From IMG/VR virus record IMGVR_UViG_3300021958_008980, positions 12,465 through 76,464 of that record: 64,000 bases of DNA. One strand, written 5' to 3'. The DNA comes from a virus (Duplodnaviria; Caudoviricetes). A program made the position numbers and the translations under genes. Positions 37,691 to 46,900 of the stretch are shown here, one piece after another. Positions within the stretch are counted from its first letter, which is position 1. Each line of letters starts with the position of its first letter. Under the pieces are notes generated by a model. It had not been told where the DNA came from. It was given only the letters and a program-made list of their open reading frames with translations, and made no database searches.

Positions 37691-38480
37691 AGATGTCCTT
37701 TATTGTGTGTTTGTCCACATAGTGCCATGGTCTTGTCACAGCGTATCCGCCTAAAAACAACTTATTTTCGGCCAAAGTTGGGAGCAGATAGGAATTTTGG
37801 TCTATGTGTCTATCCAGTTTGTTAACTGCTTTCTTGTTGTGTATCATTTTAAACCATGGATAGTTTATCAACTTCCGCTTCACTGGATCCATTATCCTGT
37901 ATGCCAATGCATACACCATGTCGGTGCTTGGATATCTATCATGACATCCTATCAGCATCTGTTCACGTACTGTTTTCCAGTTTTTTGTCAAATATTTACA
38001 GACGTGACCAAACACCCGAGAAGAAGAACAGTGCCTGAAATAGGTCAGATCACTATACAAGTTTGGCAGTTGGTTCCTGTCATGGTGTGGCCTATATGTT
38101 CTATCCCTGACCAACTTATCTTGGTAATTGTAACAGTCCACCGAAAACACCAATTCATGCCTGCACAGGTAGTTCCACCACCAATCAGTGTTGGCTGTCC
38201 ACAGCATGTCCGCGGCAAGTTTGATGGTGTGTTTGAAAGGTGACATTGTGAATGCCTTGTATTCGTTTGCCCACTTAATATCATCATTTTCGCTTTCGTC
38301 ATGCCCTAGTATTTGCACTTCATCTATCAAAGGCGAATTGATTTTGGTCTTTGAGTCTGTTATCACACACACCTTGTTATATTTGTTGTATCTTTTGATC
38401 GACTTTGCCAGTGACAGTGACAGTTCAACGTAATCTGTCTTGTCGTTATTTTGGCAGAACCATAAAAAACCCTTAGACAT
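37674..38480 (-). CDS. GT-A (GT8-like) glycosyltransferase homolog, DxD degenerate
   Basis: DYVELS..LAKSIK...VCVITD and SPFKHTIKLAADM; paralog of 38473-39219. Confidence 0.7.
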   Translation of the reverse strand: MSKGFLWFCQNNDKTDYVELSLSLAKSIKRYNKYNKVCVITDSKTKINSPLIDEVQILGHDESENDDIKWANEYKAFTMSPFKHTIKLAADMLWTANTDWWWNYLCRHELVFSVDCYNYQDKLVRDRTYRPHHDRNQLPNLYSDLTYFRHCSSSRVFGHVCKYLTKNWKTVREQMLIGCHDRYPSTDMVYALAYRIMDPVKRKLINYPWFKMIHNKKAVNKLDRHIDQNSYLLPTLAENKLFLGGYAVTRPWHYVDKHTIKDIYARIF

Positions 38481-39219
38481 AGGCTACCCCTTTGTCAATA
38501 ACATGCACATCGTTGTTTTCAATTTGTCCAACACGACCTTCGTAATTCCATTTGATGTGGCTTTCTGATATTTCTGTAACAACAGCATTTCCTGGAAGTG
38601 TTGGCAGGTTGGTTGGGATGGTCTCATATCCTCGGAAACCACCAAGTTGGTGGAGAGCGATTGCGAACGCATAATCATTCCTAAAGTTCTTGAAATCTAT
38701 TCTATAGAGCTCACAGAAATAATTATACCGTTGCTTTACGTACTTCACCATATCAAAAATTGCTTTCGCTCTCTGCGATTTTTTGAATATGATTGCTGTG
38801 GCCCACACCATCGGGATCATGGAATTCCTACTAAACCTGTAACTATCATTACCAGTAATATCATGAACCTTGTCGTGTACCATGAAGTCTTGATCTGTGT
38901 TTGCCAATGTCAACAGGTATTCCGAAAAGCAAAAGTAATCTATGTCAAGCAAAATTGTTTTTTCATATGGTGAAAGTTCGTAGGCCCTGTACCTGTCTAA
39001 GTTGTGCCATGGTTTCCTGTTTATCTGATTGCCTGTTTCATTTTCTATCAGTTTGTAGTCTATAAATCCTAGGGGTGGCATACACTTGAACGTGTCTATG
39101 TTGGTAACGATTGTTATTGGTAGTCTGAGATACTTCTTCAACAAAGGCACTGTCTTGGCCGCAATTTTGTCATAGCGGTAGGTGTCGGTGTTGAAGCAAT
39201 ATAACAATACACCTGTCAT
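38473..39219 (-). CDS. GT-A (GT8-like) glycosyltransferase
   Basis: SPYEKTILLDIDY (DxD), WATAIIFKK and RNDYAFAIAL. Confidence 0.75.
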   Translation of the reverse strand: MTGVLLYCFNTDTYRYDKIAAKTVPLLKKYLRLPITIVTNIDTFKCMPPLGFIDYKLIENETGNQINRKPWHNLDRYRAYELSPYEKTILLDIDYFCFSEYLLTLANTDQDFMVHDKVHDITGNDSYRFSRNSMIPMVWATAIIFKKSQRAKAIFDMVKYVKQRYNYFCELYRIDFKNFRNDYAFAIALHQLGGFRGYETIPTNLPTLPGNAVVTEISESHIKWNYEGRVGQIENNDVHVIDKGVAYV

Positions 39220-39224
39220 ATTGA

Positions 39225-39539
39225 CTAACCCTTTTTTATTGCTTCTTTGTAAGACTGATGATATCTGTTCAAGGCTTCCTGTTGTTTTCCTATGAGTTTA
39301 TCCAAAAAATCATCTGGCTCTTCAACCTTCATTGGATTGTCGTTACTGTCCAAAACTATAAAGTTTTGAAACTTGTCTTTAAGCACCTGTACAAGATTGA
39401 TTGTTTGTGCATTGGCCTCGAACAGGTGTCCGGAATAGGCCAAAAGCATCGATGACTTTGCTTTCTCTAATGCATTCTTTTTGTTGACTGCTATTCTGTA
39501 TGATCTGTCAGAGGTATCTTTTAATGTCTGTAAGTCCAT
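39225..39539 (-). CDS. hypothetical helical protein, first gene of the modification operon
   Basis: 104-aa ORF directly behind a sigma70 promoter. Confidence 0.72.
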   Translation of the reverse strand: MDLQTLKDTSDRSYRIAVNKKNALEKAKSSMLLAYSGHLFEANAQTINLVQVLKDKFQNFIVLDSNDNPMKVEEPDDFLDKLIGKQQEALNRYHQSYKEAIKKG

Positions 39540-39545
39540 ATCACA

Positions 39546-39574
39546 ATTATATTGTAATTATGGAATGATTTCAA
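39546..39574 (-). promoter_or_regulatory. sigma70 promoter for the glycosylation/radical SAM operon (leaderless first gene)
   Basis: On the minus strand, TTGAAA-N17-TATAAT ends 6 nt before the ATG at 39539. Confidence 0.75.
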
Positions 39575-39586
39575 CCTGAAAAAATA

Positions 39587-40543
39587 TTATGCAGTAGTAT
39601 TACTTACAATCGCAGTTGAGCTTGGAGCGTACGAATTAGCAAGGTGAGTAGAGTCAACATCCAGGGAAATAAGCCTGTGCTCGTGTACTCCGTTCCTGTA
39701 TGCTGTGTTGTCTGCACTCGCGTCACTGAATGTAAAGTCAGCAGATCCGTCCGTTTCGGTGATCTTAACGGTAATTGTTACTGAAGAACCTGGTGAGGCA
39801 TCCAATTTGGCCTCAAACTTGATGTTGTTGGCCGTGTATGGATAGTTTGCATCCGAAATCTGTAATAGTGTTTGATATGATGTTGTAAGATCATGGAATC
39901 CAGTTGTGTTCGCAAAGGAGTCTTGCGTTTCACCTGAACCAGATCTTAGACAATCTGTTGCCCTAATATCAAAGTTTCCAACAGCAGTGTGTATGCTGTC
40001 CCATGCTGTGTCTTTACCCGAAACACCGTCCGTACCCCCGCTACCGGTTCTCACAGGATCGATCCTGATTCTGCCTCCCGCATTGAAGAAAAATCTCATG
40101 TTTGCCGCACTTGAGAAAGTTGCAGACACTTCAGTTGTGAATGATCCGTACCAGTTCGCACTTGATGCCGGTGCCTGTAGCGATGCAGATGTTGTGGTTG
40201 CTGTGGTGTTTACACAACCGCCTGCAACCGATGCCGCTAATGTGGCAAGGTCTGCCGCAACTGCCGCCTTGATCTTGATCGGATCTCCTGCAGATACCTG
40301 TCCCCTTGCTGACAAAGTGTCTCCTGTGTGAGATGCAATAGTGTCCAGTCCTGAAAAGAAAGTATTCCAGTTAGCCGCTTTAATTGCCGCGCCAACTTCT
40401 ACTGTTGGAATGTGTGTTTCGCCTAGTCCATATACGCCTGAGCCTGTGCCAGCGAAATGATTGTATCCATATGGATCAGAACTGCTGTTGACAAATGTGT
40501 TGTATTCGTCATCTAAAATTTTTTCACCTGCTACGTATCCCAT
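39587..40543 (-). CDS. virion structural protein (tail/baseplate-associated)
   Basis: Thr/Ser/Ala/Gly-rich. Pattern GTGSGVYGLG...NW, FFNAGGRI. It lies within the tail-fibre cluster. Confidence 0.65.
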   Translation of the reverse strand: MGYVAGEKILDDEYNTFVNSSSDPYGYNHFAGTGSGVYGLGETHIPTVEVGAAIKAANWNTFFSGLDTIASHTGDTLSARGQVSAGDPIKIKAAVAADLATLAASVAGGCVNTTATTTSASLQAPASSANWYGSFTTEVSATFSSAANMRFFFNAGGRIRIDPVRTGSGGTDGVSGKDTAWDSIHTAVGNFDIRATDCLRSGSGETQDSFANTTGFHDLTTSYQTLLQISDANYPYTANNIKFEAKLDASPGSSVTITVKITETDGSADFTFSDASADNTAYRNGVHEHRLISLDVDSTHLANSYAPSSTAIVSNTTA

Positions 40544-40547
40544 AAAA

Positions 40548-42176
40548 TTATTTCACTCCTATCACGCACTCTGTAAGTGCCGTTTGTTCATTATATTTAT
40601 GTTTAATTAGGCGGCCAATGGTGTTAAAACTGGTGCATTCGTCTATTTGTGCCACTCTGGCCTCTCCTTTACCCGCTGATACTACACGGTCTCCTGGTTT
40701 TCCGCAACCTTTCAGTTTCACCAGTACCCGTCCTTTTAGTGCTACCATAGGGTGCGAATCGTTGTTTCCTATGTTTGCGTTCATCAAAAACGCTGGTGAA
40801 TCGGATATTACACCAAAGACATCGTCTGAAAGTTCCTGATTCTCTTTGGTAATTTCAGCAGTACCACCTAATTTGACAACATCTCCAACTTCAAGTGGGC
40901 AATCAGATTCGTATCGTTCAGCCAGATCAGCGTATTGTGCCGCTGTCGATGTAGCGTGTACTATGTTTGCCCGCACATCAACCAGTGTTGGTGCTTCCAA
41001 CTCAGTATCAGTCTGTGAGGCCTTGAATGCTGTCCAGGCACCACCTGCATTTCCGTGAATTGTCGTTCCGTCATCTGCGAATGTTTCATCCCATATCCAG
41101 TAAAGGTTCTGTTCCGTTGCACTTGATGTCTCACCTCTGTTGACTTTAAGACCTGTGTAATTTGGCATGCCAGCGGCCGATGATATATTCCTATTCAATT
41201 CTATGATATTGTCTTCTACGGAAAGCGTTGAAGTGTTGATTATTGTTTGTGTACCATCGACGGTCAAATCACCAACACGAAGATGTTCGATTCTACCCGA
41301 TGTTCCTGTGATTCTCAGTGCCTCTCTTGTAGTTCCGCCATCATTTACTGTGAATATGATGTCTTTGTCTTGCGTTGTGTTTGCAATCGTAAAATTATCA
41401 CTGCTAAGACTCATTGTGACGTCTGATCCAGCACCGATTGTTAATCCTGTGTCATTTATAATTCCCAATGATCCTGTTGTTGTGTCATTGGTGTTTGATC
41501 TCAAGAAGTTAGCGGCCGCTACTCCTCCAAGAGTGTCTGAATCAGTTGCTGTACCTCGAAATTTGGCCGAAGACACAGACGTAGAAAGTTGTATACCTTG
41601 TGCCACTGTTGTGAAACCAGCGGCAACCAATGCGGCTCCCACCGATTCTGTTGAACTAGGAGTGAATGCCTGATTCGAAACCACACCCACAACCGCGTCA
41701 TTGGTCACTAGTTTCAATATGGATCGCTTGACTCCGGTGTTGTCTTCTGGTGATTCTGTGATAACTTGCGTGACACCTGATCCTGCAACTGTGGTCGGTC
41801 CGATCAATGTCCATGCAGTGCCTGTGTAAACGTACAACTGTGTGTTCGTTGTGTCAAACCACATGTCTCCTTGCACAGCGTTACTTGGTGCTGTAGCAGA
41901 GTTGTTTGTTGATCCCACAGGTTTCCATTTAGAACCTGTGTACACGTTAATCTGATTGTTTGTTTTGTCATACCACAACTGCCCTTGCTGTTTGTTTGAC
42001 GGTGCAGATGTGTTGTTGAAATTTTCTAAAAGTTTAATAAGGTTCTCGTTCAACTTTTCGCCGAAACCTGCATAACCTTTGCCAATGAGCGTAAGGTCTG
42101 TAGTCGCCACATCGATTGTGCCGTCTGCCAGAGTAACCAGCAAAGTTCCAAAGGTGTTGTTGAGTTTATATGCCAT
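40548..42176 (-). CDS. tail fibre paralog 3 with C-terminal intramolecular-chaperone/autocleavage (peptidase G2-like) domain
   Basis: Shared N-terminus MAY...LIGKGYAGFGE.LNEN...ENF...GQLWYD; C-terminal YADLAERY...VALKGRV.VK. Confidence 0.75.
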   Translation of the reverse strand: MAYKLNNTFGTLLVTLADGTIDVATTDLTLIGKGYAGFGEKLNENLIKLLENFNNTSAPSNKQQGQLWYDKTNNQINVYTGSKWKPVGSTNNSATAPSNAVQGDMWFDTTNTQLYVYTGTAWTLIGPTTVAGSGVTQVITESPEDNTGVKRSILKLVTNDAVVGVVSNQAFTPSSTESVGAALVAAGFTTVAQGIQLSTSVSSAKFRGTATDSDTLGGVAAANFLRSNTNDTTTGSLGIINDTGLTIGAGSDVTMSLSSDNFTIANTTQDKDIIFTVNDGGTTREALRITGTSGRIEHLRVGDLTVDGTQTIINTSTLSVEDNIIELNRNISSAAGMPNYTGLKVNRGETSSATEQNLYWIWDETFADDGTTIHGNAGGAWTAFKASQTDTELEAPTLVDVRANIVHATSTAAQYADLAERYESDCPLEVGDVVKLGGTAEITKENQELSDDVFGVISDSPAFLMNANIGNNDSHPMVALKGRVLVKLKGCGKPGDRVVSAGKGEARVAQIDECTSFNTIGRLIKHKYNEQTALTECVIGVK

Positions 42177-42178
42177 CT

Positions 42179-42361
42179 TTAATCGTTGTTGGAAGCGTTA
42201 TCTCTAACGTCCACCAAGAAACTCACATCTCCTAACAGTTTTATCAATATGGCGGCTACTTCCGGATTCATCTTTTGATCAATCTTTGCTATCTCTTCCG
42301 TAGTCAATATAGTCTCTGCGTTAGCGTTGATGTAGTCTGCCACTTCTTGTTTTGTTGCCAT
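42179..42361 (-). CDS. 60-aa hypothetical protein
   Basis: AAGGAG SD and a TTAAATA motif upstream. Confidence 0.7.
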   Translation of the reverse strand: MATKQEVADYINANAETILTTEEIAKIDQKMNPEVAAILIKLLGDVSFLVDVRDNASNND

Positions 42362-42378
42362 TTATGTCTCCTTACTTG

Positions 42379-42385
42379 TATTTAA
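42379..42385 (-). promoter_or_regulatory. putative late promoter (TTAAATA)
   Basis: TAAATA motif overlapping the upstream stop codon. Confidence 0.45.
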
Positions 42386-43779
42386 CGTATTTGCGGATCG
42401 TATATTTCTAACCATTTTGCGTATCTTTTTTCCACAAATGGCCTGATTATAGCCCCCAGAGTCCAACAGAAACTTTCACCAATTATTCTAGTGATTATTC
42501 CCAAAGTATCTCTCGATTTCTTAACTTTCATAGCGTACCCTAACTCGTTTGCCCTAGCCTGTGCCAACGCCCTTATTACTTTTATTACCAATAATCCAAA
42601 CTTATCACCGGATTTTTCTGCCCTCGTCATGTATTGCACAAGTGGCACTGCCCAGAACCAGTAACCAATTTTGGTGTTTCTTGAGATGTACTTGACGCTG
42701 TATTCTGTGTCTACTGCCAAATCCTCCGCGGAGAACAGTCCTCTTTCTTGTAGCCATGTACAGATCACACGACCTCCACCGCCACCGCCGGTTCCTCCGC
42801 CACCTGAACTAGCACCACCTTGTGCATCTCCAAAGCCTGCCGCTGTTTCTGTGAACGTTATTCCTGAATTGAAAAGTGCTTTCCACACACCTCCCACTTT
42901 GTAGTATCCTGCTGTAATTTTTTTCCAAGTGCCTGAAACTTTGTAGTACATGTCATTGATGCTTTTCCATGTGCCTGACACTTTGTAATTTGCTTGTACG
43001 CCGATGTTGAAAATAACAACCACTTTACCGTCACCGCCAGGAGAACTTGGTTGTCCTCCCACTGCTATGCCAGATGCATAATAACTTGAACCTGTTCCGC
43101 CAGGTGTCACACCTGATCCGTTGTCTTCTGATCCTCCCGCATTTGTGTTAGAACCAGACCTTCCGCCGGTTCCACCTGCATCACCTGATCCTGCATCACC
43201 TGAAGTTCCGCCGTTGGTTCCACCACCACCAGCACCTGCTCCACCTCCGTCTCCCGAGTGATCCTTTCCGTTCTCACCTAGTGTTCCTGGAGACTCTGCT
43301 GTTGCGGTGTTTGTGTTCACACCAGCGGTACCATTAGAAGTTTTACCTGCGCCGGCTCCCCCACCGCCGCCGCCTGATACTGCTATCTGTACTCCGTCGA
43401 TCAATACCGTAGAGGCTCCGCCACCTCCGCCACCTGATCCTGAGTATGGTGTTGGTCCTGCGTTACCGCCTTCACCACCCGAATATCCTGCTATGCTCTT
43501 TCCGTTCCGTCCACCAGCGGCTCCTCCACCTGATGAACCACCTGCTCCGCCGCCTCCTACTGCGATCGTCATGGTCTTGCCTATCTCGGCAGTCATGTCT
43601 ATAGAAGTTGCAGTAACATAGTGTCCGGCCGCGCCTGTGCCTCCAGGACCGCCCGCATCTGAGCCACCACCTCCACCTGCGCCACCCCAAAGGTGCACAT
43701 CAATAGAAGTAGTGCCAGCCGGTATTACGGTCTGGTGCAAAGTACCTGTGTAGTTAAATGTCTTGACGACTGTTGCCAT
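42382..43779 (-). CDS. glycine-rich tail fibre/adhesin with a C-terminal VICT domain
   Basis: Repeated WGGAGGGGG/GGGGGA blocks (polyglycine-II type), three YKV(S/G)G(T/V)WK repeats, then GGGGGRVICTW...GYWFWAVPLV. Confidence 0.7.
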   Translation of the reverse strand: MATVVKTFNYTGTLHQTVIPAGTTSIDVHLWGGAGGGGGSDAGGPGGTGAAGHYVTATSIDMTAEIGKTMTIAVGGGGAGGSSGGGAAGGRNGKSIAGYSGGEGGNAGPTPYSGSGGGGGGASTVLIDGVQIAVSGGGGGGAGAGKTSNGTAGVNTNTATAESPGTLGENGKDHSGDGGGAGAGGGGTNGGTSGDAGSGDAGGTGGRSGSNTNAGGSEDNGSGVTPGGTGSSYYASGIAVGGQPSSPGGDGKVVVIFNIGVQANYKVSGTWKSINDMYYKVSGTWKKITAGYYKVGGVWKALFNSGITFTETAAGFGDAQGGASSGGGGTGGGGGGRVICTWLQERGLFSAEDLAVDTEYSVKYISRNTKIGYWFWAVPLVQYMTRAEKSGDKFGLLVIKVIRALAQARANELGYAMKVKKSRDTLGIITRIIGESFCWTLGAIIRPFVEKRYAKWLEIYDPQIR

Positions 43780-43785
43780 AAAGGA

Positions 43786-45183
43786 TTACGCCTCCCTTAC
43801 GAACCAGAAGTCCCCGTCACTGCCGTCACCGCCTGTTGGTGCTGAAGTTGAAACAGTCTTCTCTGATCCGCCCCATTGGTCACCAAAAGTAGCAACCTGT
43901 CCAATTGTTGGAACACTCACGCTCGCAGTGTCTGATGTTGTTATTGCTGATCCAACCGCGGCCAAATTTATGTTGGTCACTGTAAGTAGACCTGCCGCCG
44001 TTGTTCTTAAAAATCCTGAATTCTTGTTTGCATTACCATCTGATACAGCATCTGCTTCTCTGATCAGAGCAGAGTAAGTTGCATTTTGGCCTGCCACCCA
44101 TTCGTTTTCTGACACATCATAGAACAATCTCGCATCGTCAGTGTCTGTTGTCTCGACAATTATACCTGAATCTGCTTCAGAGTTGCCTGTGTTTAATTTC
44201 AAGAATGCGTCATTTACAATGTTGATCTCGCTCGAACTGTTTTCGTACTCACCCGATACTGTGAGGTTTCCAGTTATGGTCACGTCACCACTGATGTCCA
44301 CACCACCGTCTGCGCCTGTCAGTTGTAAAGGTGTTTTTGTCACGCCACCGTCATTGACTGTGAACTTAAGATCCTTGTCTTGTGATGTCTGTGCGACTGT
44401 CACATCATTGCTTGAAACTGTTATTGTCAATTCTTGTGAGTCACCAATGATGACTCCGCTGTCCGTGTCAACAGTCAGCGCACCTGTAGTAGTGTCTGCC
44501 GCGTCCGCCCTAAGGAAGTTGCCTCCCGCGATCACTGTGGCTGAAGTGTTTGTTGTGCTTGAAACATCAACTGCTGACGCTGATGTTGTTGACCCTTCAA
44601 ACACTGCACTCAATGTTGAGTTCAGCGTCAGCCCTGCTTTGATTTGCGCGAAGCCCGACTGTGATGCACTTGGTGTGAACGTCTCTTTTGAAAGTATCGC
44701 CACCCTTGTGTTTCCAACGTACATCGAAGACACAACCTTGTTTCCACCGGAACTTGCAAGTGTCTCGATCTTCCAACCTGAAAGTGTCTGTCCAGATGTG
44801 TAAACCGGGCCAACTAATTGCCATGCACTGCCTGTGTAAACGTACAACTGATCGTCGTCAGTGTCCGTCCAAAGGTCTCCTGTTGATGGCGATGTAGGTG
44901 CAGTCGCTTGTGCTTTCGCACCTCCCGTTGGCTTGAAACTTGATCCATCATACACCTTGATCTGGTTAGTGTTTGCGTCAAACCACAGCTCACCCTTCAA
45001 AGGTGCAGTTGGTGCCGATGTTGATGATGAATTTTCAAGTAATTTTACTAGGTTTTCGTTCAGTAATTCACCAAAACCCGAATAACTCTTACCAAAGAGT
45101 GTCAAACTCGTTGAGTTGTCTATGGTGCCATCTGTGATTGTGGCAACTACTGTTCCGTCTGTTTTGTTAATTGTGTACGCCAT
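43786..45183 (-). CDS. tail fibre paralog 2
   Basis: MAYTINKTDG...LFGKSYSGFGELLNENLVKLLEN...GELWFD; Thr/Ser-rich. Confidence 0.75.
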   Translation of the reverse strand: MAYTINKTDGTVVATITDGTIDNSTSLTLFGKSYSGFGELLNENLVKLLENSSSTSAPTAPLKGELWFDANTNQIKVYDGSSFKPTGGAKAQATAPTSPSTGDLWTDTDDDQLYVYTGSAWQLVGPVYTSGQTLSGWKIETLASSGGNKVVSSMYVGNTRVAILSKETFTPSASQSGFAQIKAGLTLNSTLSAVFEGSTTSASAVDVSSTTNTSATVIAGGNFLRADAADTTTGALTVDTDSGVIIGDSQELTITVSSNDVTVAQTSQDKDLKFTVNDGGVTKTPLQLTGADGGVDISGDVTITGNLTVSGEYENSSSEINIVNDAFLKLNTGNSEADSGIIVETTDTDDARLFYDVSENEWVAGQNATYSALIREADAVSDGNANKNSGFLRTTAAGLLTVTNINLAAVGSAITTSDTASVSVPTIGQVATFGDQWGGSEKTVSTSAPTGGDGSDGDFWFVREA

Positions 45184-45189
45184 TTCTTA

Positions 45190-45196
45190 TATTTAC
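45190..45196 (-). promoter_or_regulatory. putative late promoter (GTAAATA), leaderless
   Basis: Lies exactly 6 nt before the ATG at 45183; no SD. Confidence 0.55.
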
Positions 45197-45199
45197 CTG

Positions 45200-46900
45200 T
45201 TAACTTACTATATCATATACCGCGATATACTTCTGTGTTTCAAATGAATGCAATTCATAAAGTTGTTTTGAATTTGTTGTCGAACCGTCACCGATGGGTC
45301 TCTCACCTTGAGTCACTCCATCTATCTGATATGTGATCTGTCTTACGTCTGCAGTCTGGGTAACGATCGTGATCCTTTTCAATGTGCCGTTCTGTGCGTT
45401 AGTAAAATTCAGTGTCACATCAGCGTTGACGTAAACTTCAAAGAACCTTCCTGTGGACAAGTCAACTGTGGTGTTGGTTGTCACACCTGCACTTATTGTA
45501 CCTGTCGAAATAACCTCACCAACTATGCTGTCAGCAGTTAGGTTTCCCTGCACCTGGAGGTCGTCTTCAATTGTTACCGCTGTAGAATCAGTTGCACTCA
45601 ATGCCGTGCCTGTGATGGACAAACCATCAACCACGACTGCACCTGTGCCTGCTCCTTTTAGAACAAGGTTGTCGTTTGATCTACTGGCTAATATCTCGTT
45701 GTCATTTATTGTGACTCCTTGGGTCTTGATCTCTGTTGCATCCAATACGTCAGAAAATGCCGTTGCGAATCTTGTTCCGTCAGTACCCAAGTTATATGTG
45801 CTGTCCGCACTAGGAAGTATTGTCTGCGAATTTACAGTACCTGATAATGTTCCACCAGTCAATAATAGGTTGAGACTCGCGGAACCAGTGACTGTTCCTG
45901 TTACATCACCTGTGACATCTCCCGTCACATCTCCTACTACGTTTCCTGTGAGTGGACCAGTGAATGCTGTCGCGTTTACTGTGCCCGATACGTCTAGTTT
46001 GGTTGTGGGAGTAATTGTTCCTATACCAACACGTGCCACATCTCCGTCCATAGTCATCAAAGTTGTTGTCGTGCCACCGTCATTGATCTTGAACGTTATG
46101 TCTTTGTCAGATATGATGTTCTGCATTACAACACCAGTGCTGTCGACAGTCAGTGTAAGATCACTGTCCGCACCTACGATCACACCACCATCGTTGGCAA
46201 CAGTCAATGTGCCTGAAGTTGTGTCGTTGGCATTTGATCTGAGGTAATTGGCCGCCGCAACACCACCCAACTTGTCCGAGTCTGTGGCTGTGCCTGCAAA
46301 CTTTAGGTCTGATATTGCTGTAGAAAGCGTGAGACCTTTTGATATTTCAGCAAATCCTGATATCGCCGCCTTGGGTGTGAATGCAATTTCGGAAATTATA
46401 GCGATAAGCGATCCGTTGTTGTACCACTTCGTTACCTTCCTGTCTGTGTCTGTATTGTCAGTGATGGTCTCGAATAAAAATCCATTTGTGGCCGTGCCTG
46501 AAGTAGAACTAGGTCCTATGAGAATGTTCGAAGTGCCGTTATAGAAATACAACTGAGAAGTGTCTGAATCTATCCAAAGATCACCTTGCACAAGATTGGA
46601 TGGTGCTGTTGGGCCATATGGAACACTACTTCCAGCAGGCACAAAGTTTGATCCTGTGTATACTTTCAGTATGCTGGCATCACTGTCATACCATAACTGT
46701 CCCTGTATTGGTTTGCTGGGTGCAGTTGTGTTTGCGAAATTTTCCAAAAGGTGTAGGAAGTTTTCGTGCAACACCTCACCATATCCAGCATACCCTTTTC
46801 CAATAAAAGAAAGATCAGTCTGTGTGTTCAACACACCGTCCTGGACGGTGTAAGAGCTCGGGGTAGCAGAACTATTTGTCTTGTCAACTGTGTATGCCAT
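45200..46900 (-). CDS. tail fibre paralog 1
   Basis: MAYTVDK...FIGKGYAGYGEVLHENFLHLLENF...GQLWYD; GDVT repeats; one DGST near the C-terminus. Confidence 0.75.
   Translation of the reverse strand: MAYTVDKTNSSATPSSYTVQDGVLNTQTDLSFIGKGYAGYGEVLHENFLHLLENFANTTAPSKPIQGQLWYDSDASILKVYTGSNFVPAGSSVPYGPTAPSNLVQGDLWIDSDTSQLYFYNGTSNILIGPSSTSGTATNGFLFETITDNTDTDRKVTKWYNNGSLIAIISEIAFTPKAAISGFAEISKGLTLSTAISDLKFAGTATDSDKLGGVAAANYLRSNANDTTSGTLTVANDGGVIVGADSDLTLTVDSTGVVMQNIISDKDITFKINDGGTTTTLMTMDGDVARVGIGTITPTTKLDVSGTVNATAFTGPLTGNVVGDVTGDVTGDVTGTVTGSASLNLLLTGGTLSGTVNSQTILPSADSTYNLGTDGTRFATAFSDVLDATEIKTQGVTINDNEILASRSNDNLVLKGAGTGAVVVDGLSITGTALSATDSTAVTIEDDLQVQGNLTADSIVGEVISTGTISAGVTTNTTVDLSTGRFFEVYVNADVTLNFTNAQNGTLKRITIVTQTADVRQITYQIDGVTQGERPIGDGSTTNSKQLYELHSFETQKYIAVYDIVS

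Noticed and set aside
43777-43788. In-frame TAA-TCC-TTT-ATG junction suggesting readthrough fusion of fibre 2 and the Gly-rich fibre
   Set aside because: TAA is rarely read through, and the downstream gene has its own GGAGG SD.
45880-45960. GDVT tandem repeats as a contingency locus or CRISPR-like array
   Set aside because: They are short in-frame coding repeats with synonymous variation, typical of fibre beta-helices, with no spacers.
39906-46853. Several long plus-strand Val/Ser/Pro-rich ORFs (e.g. 44141-44803, 45453-46247, 41167-41673)
   Set aside because: These are antisense shadows of Thr/Gly/Asp-rich tail-fibre codons, which rarely generate stops on the opposite strand.
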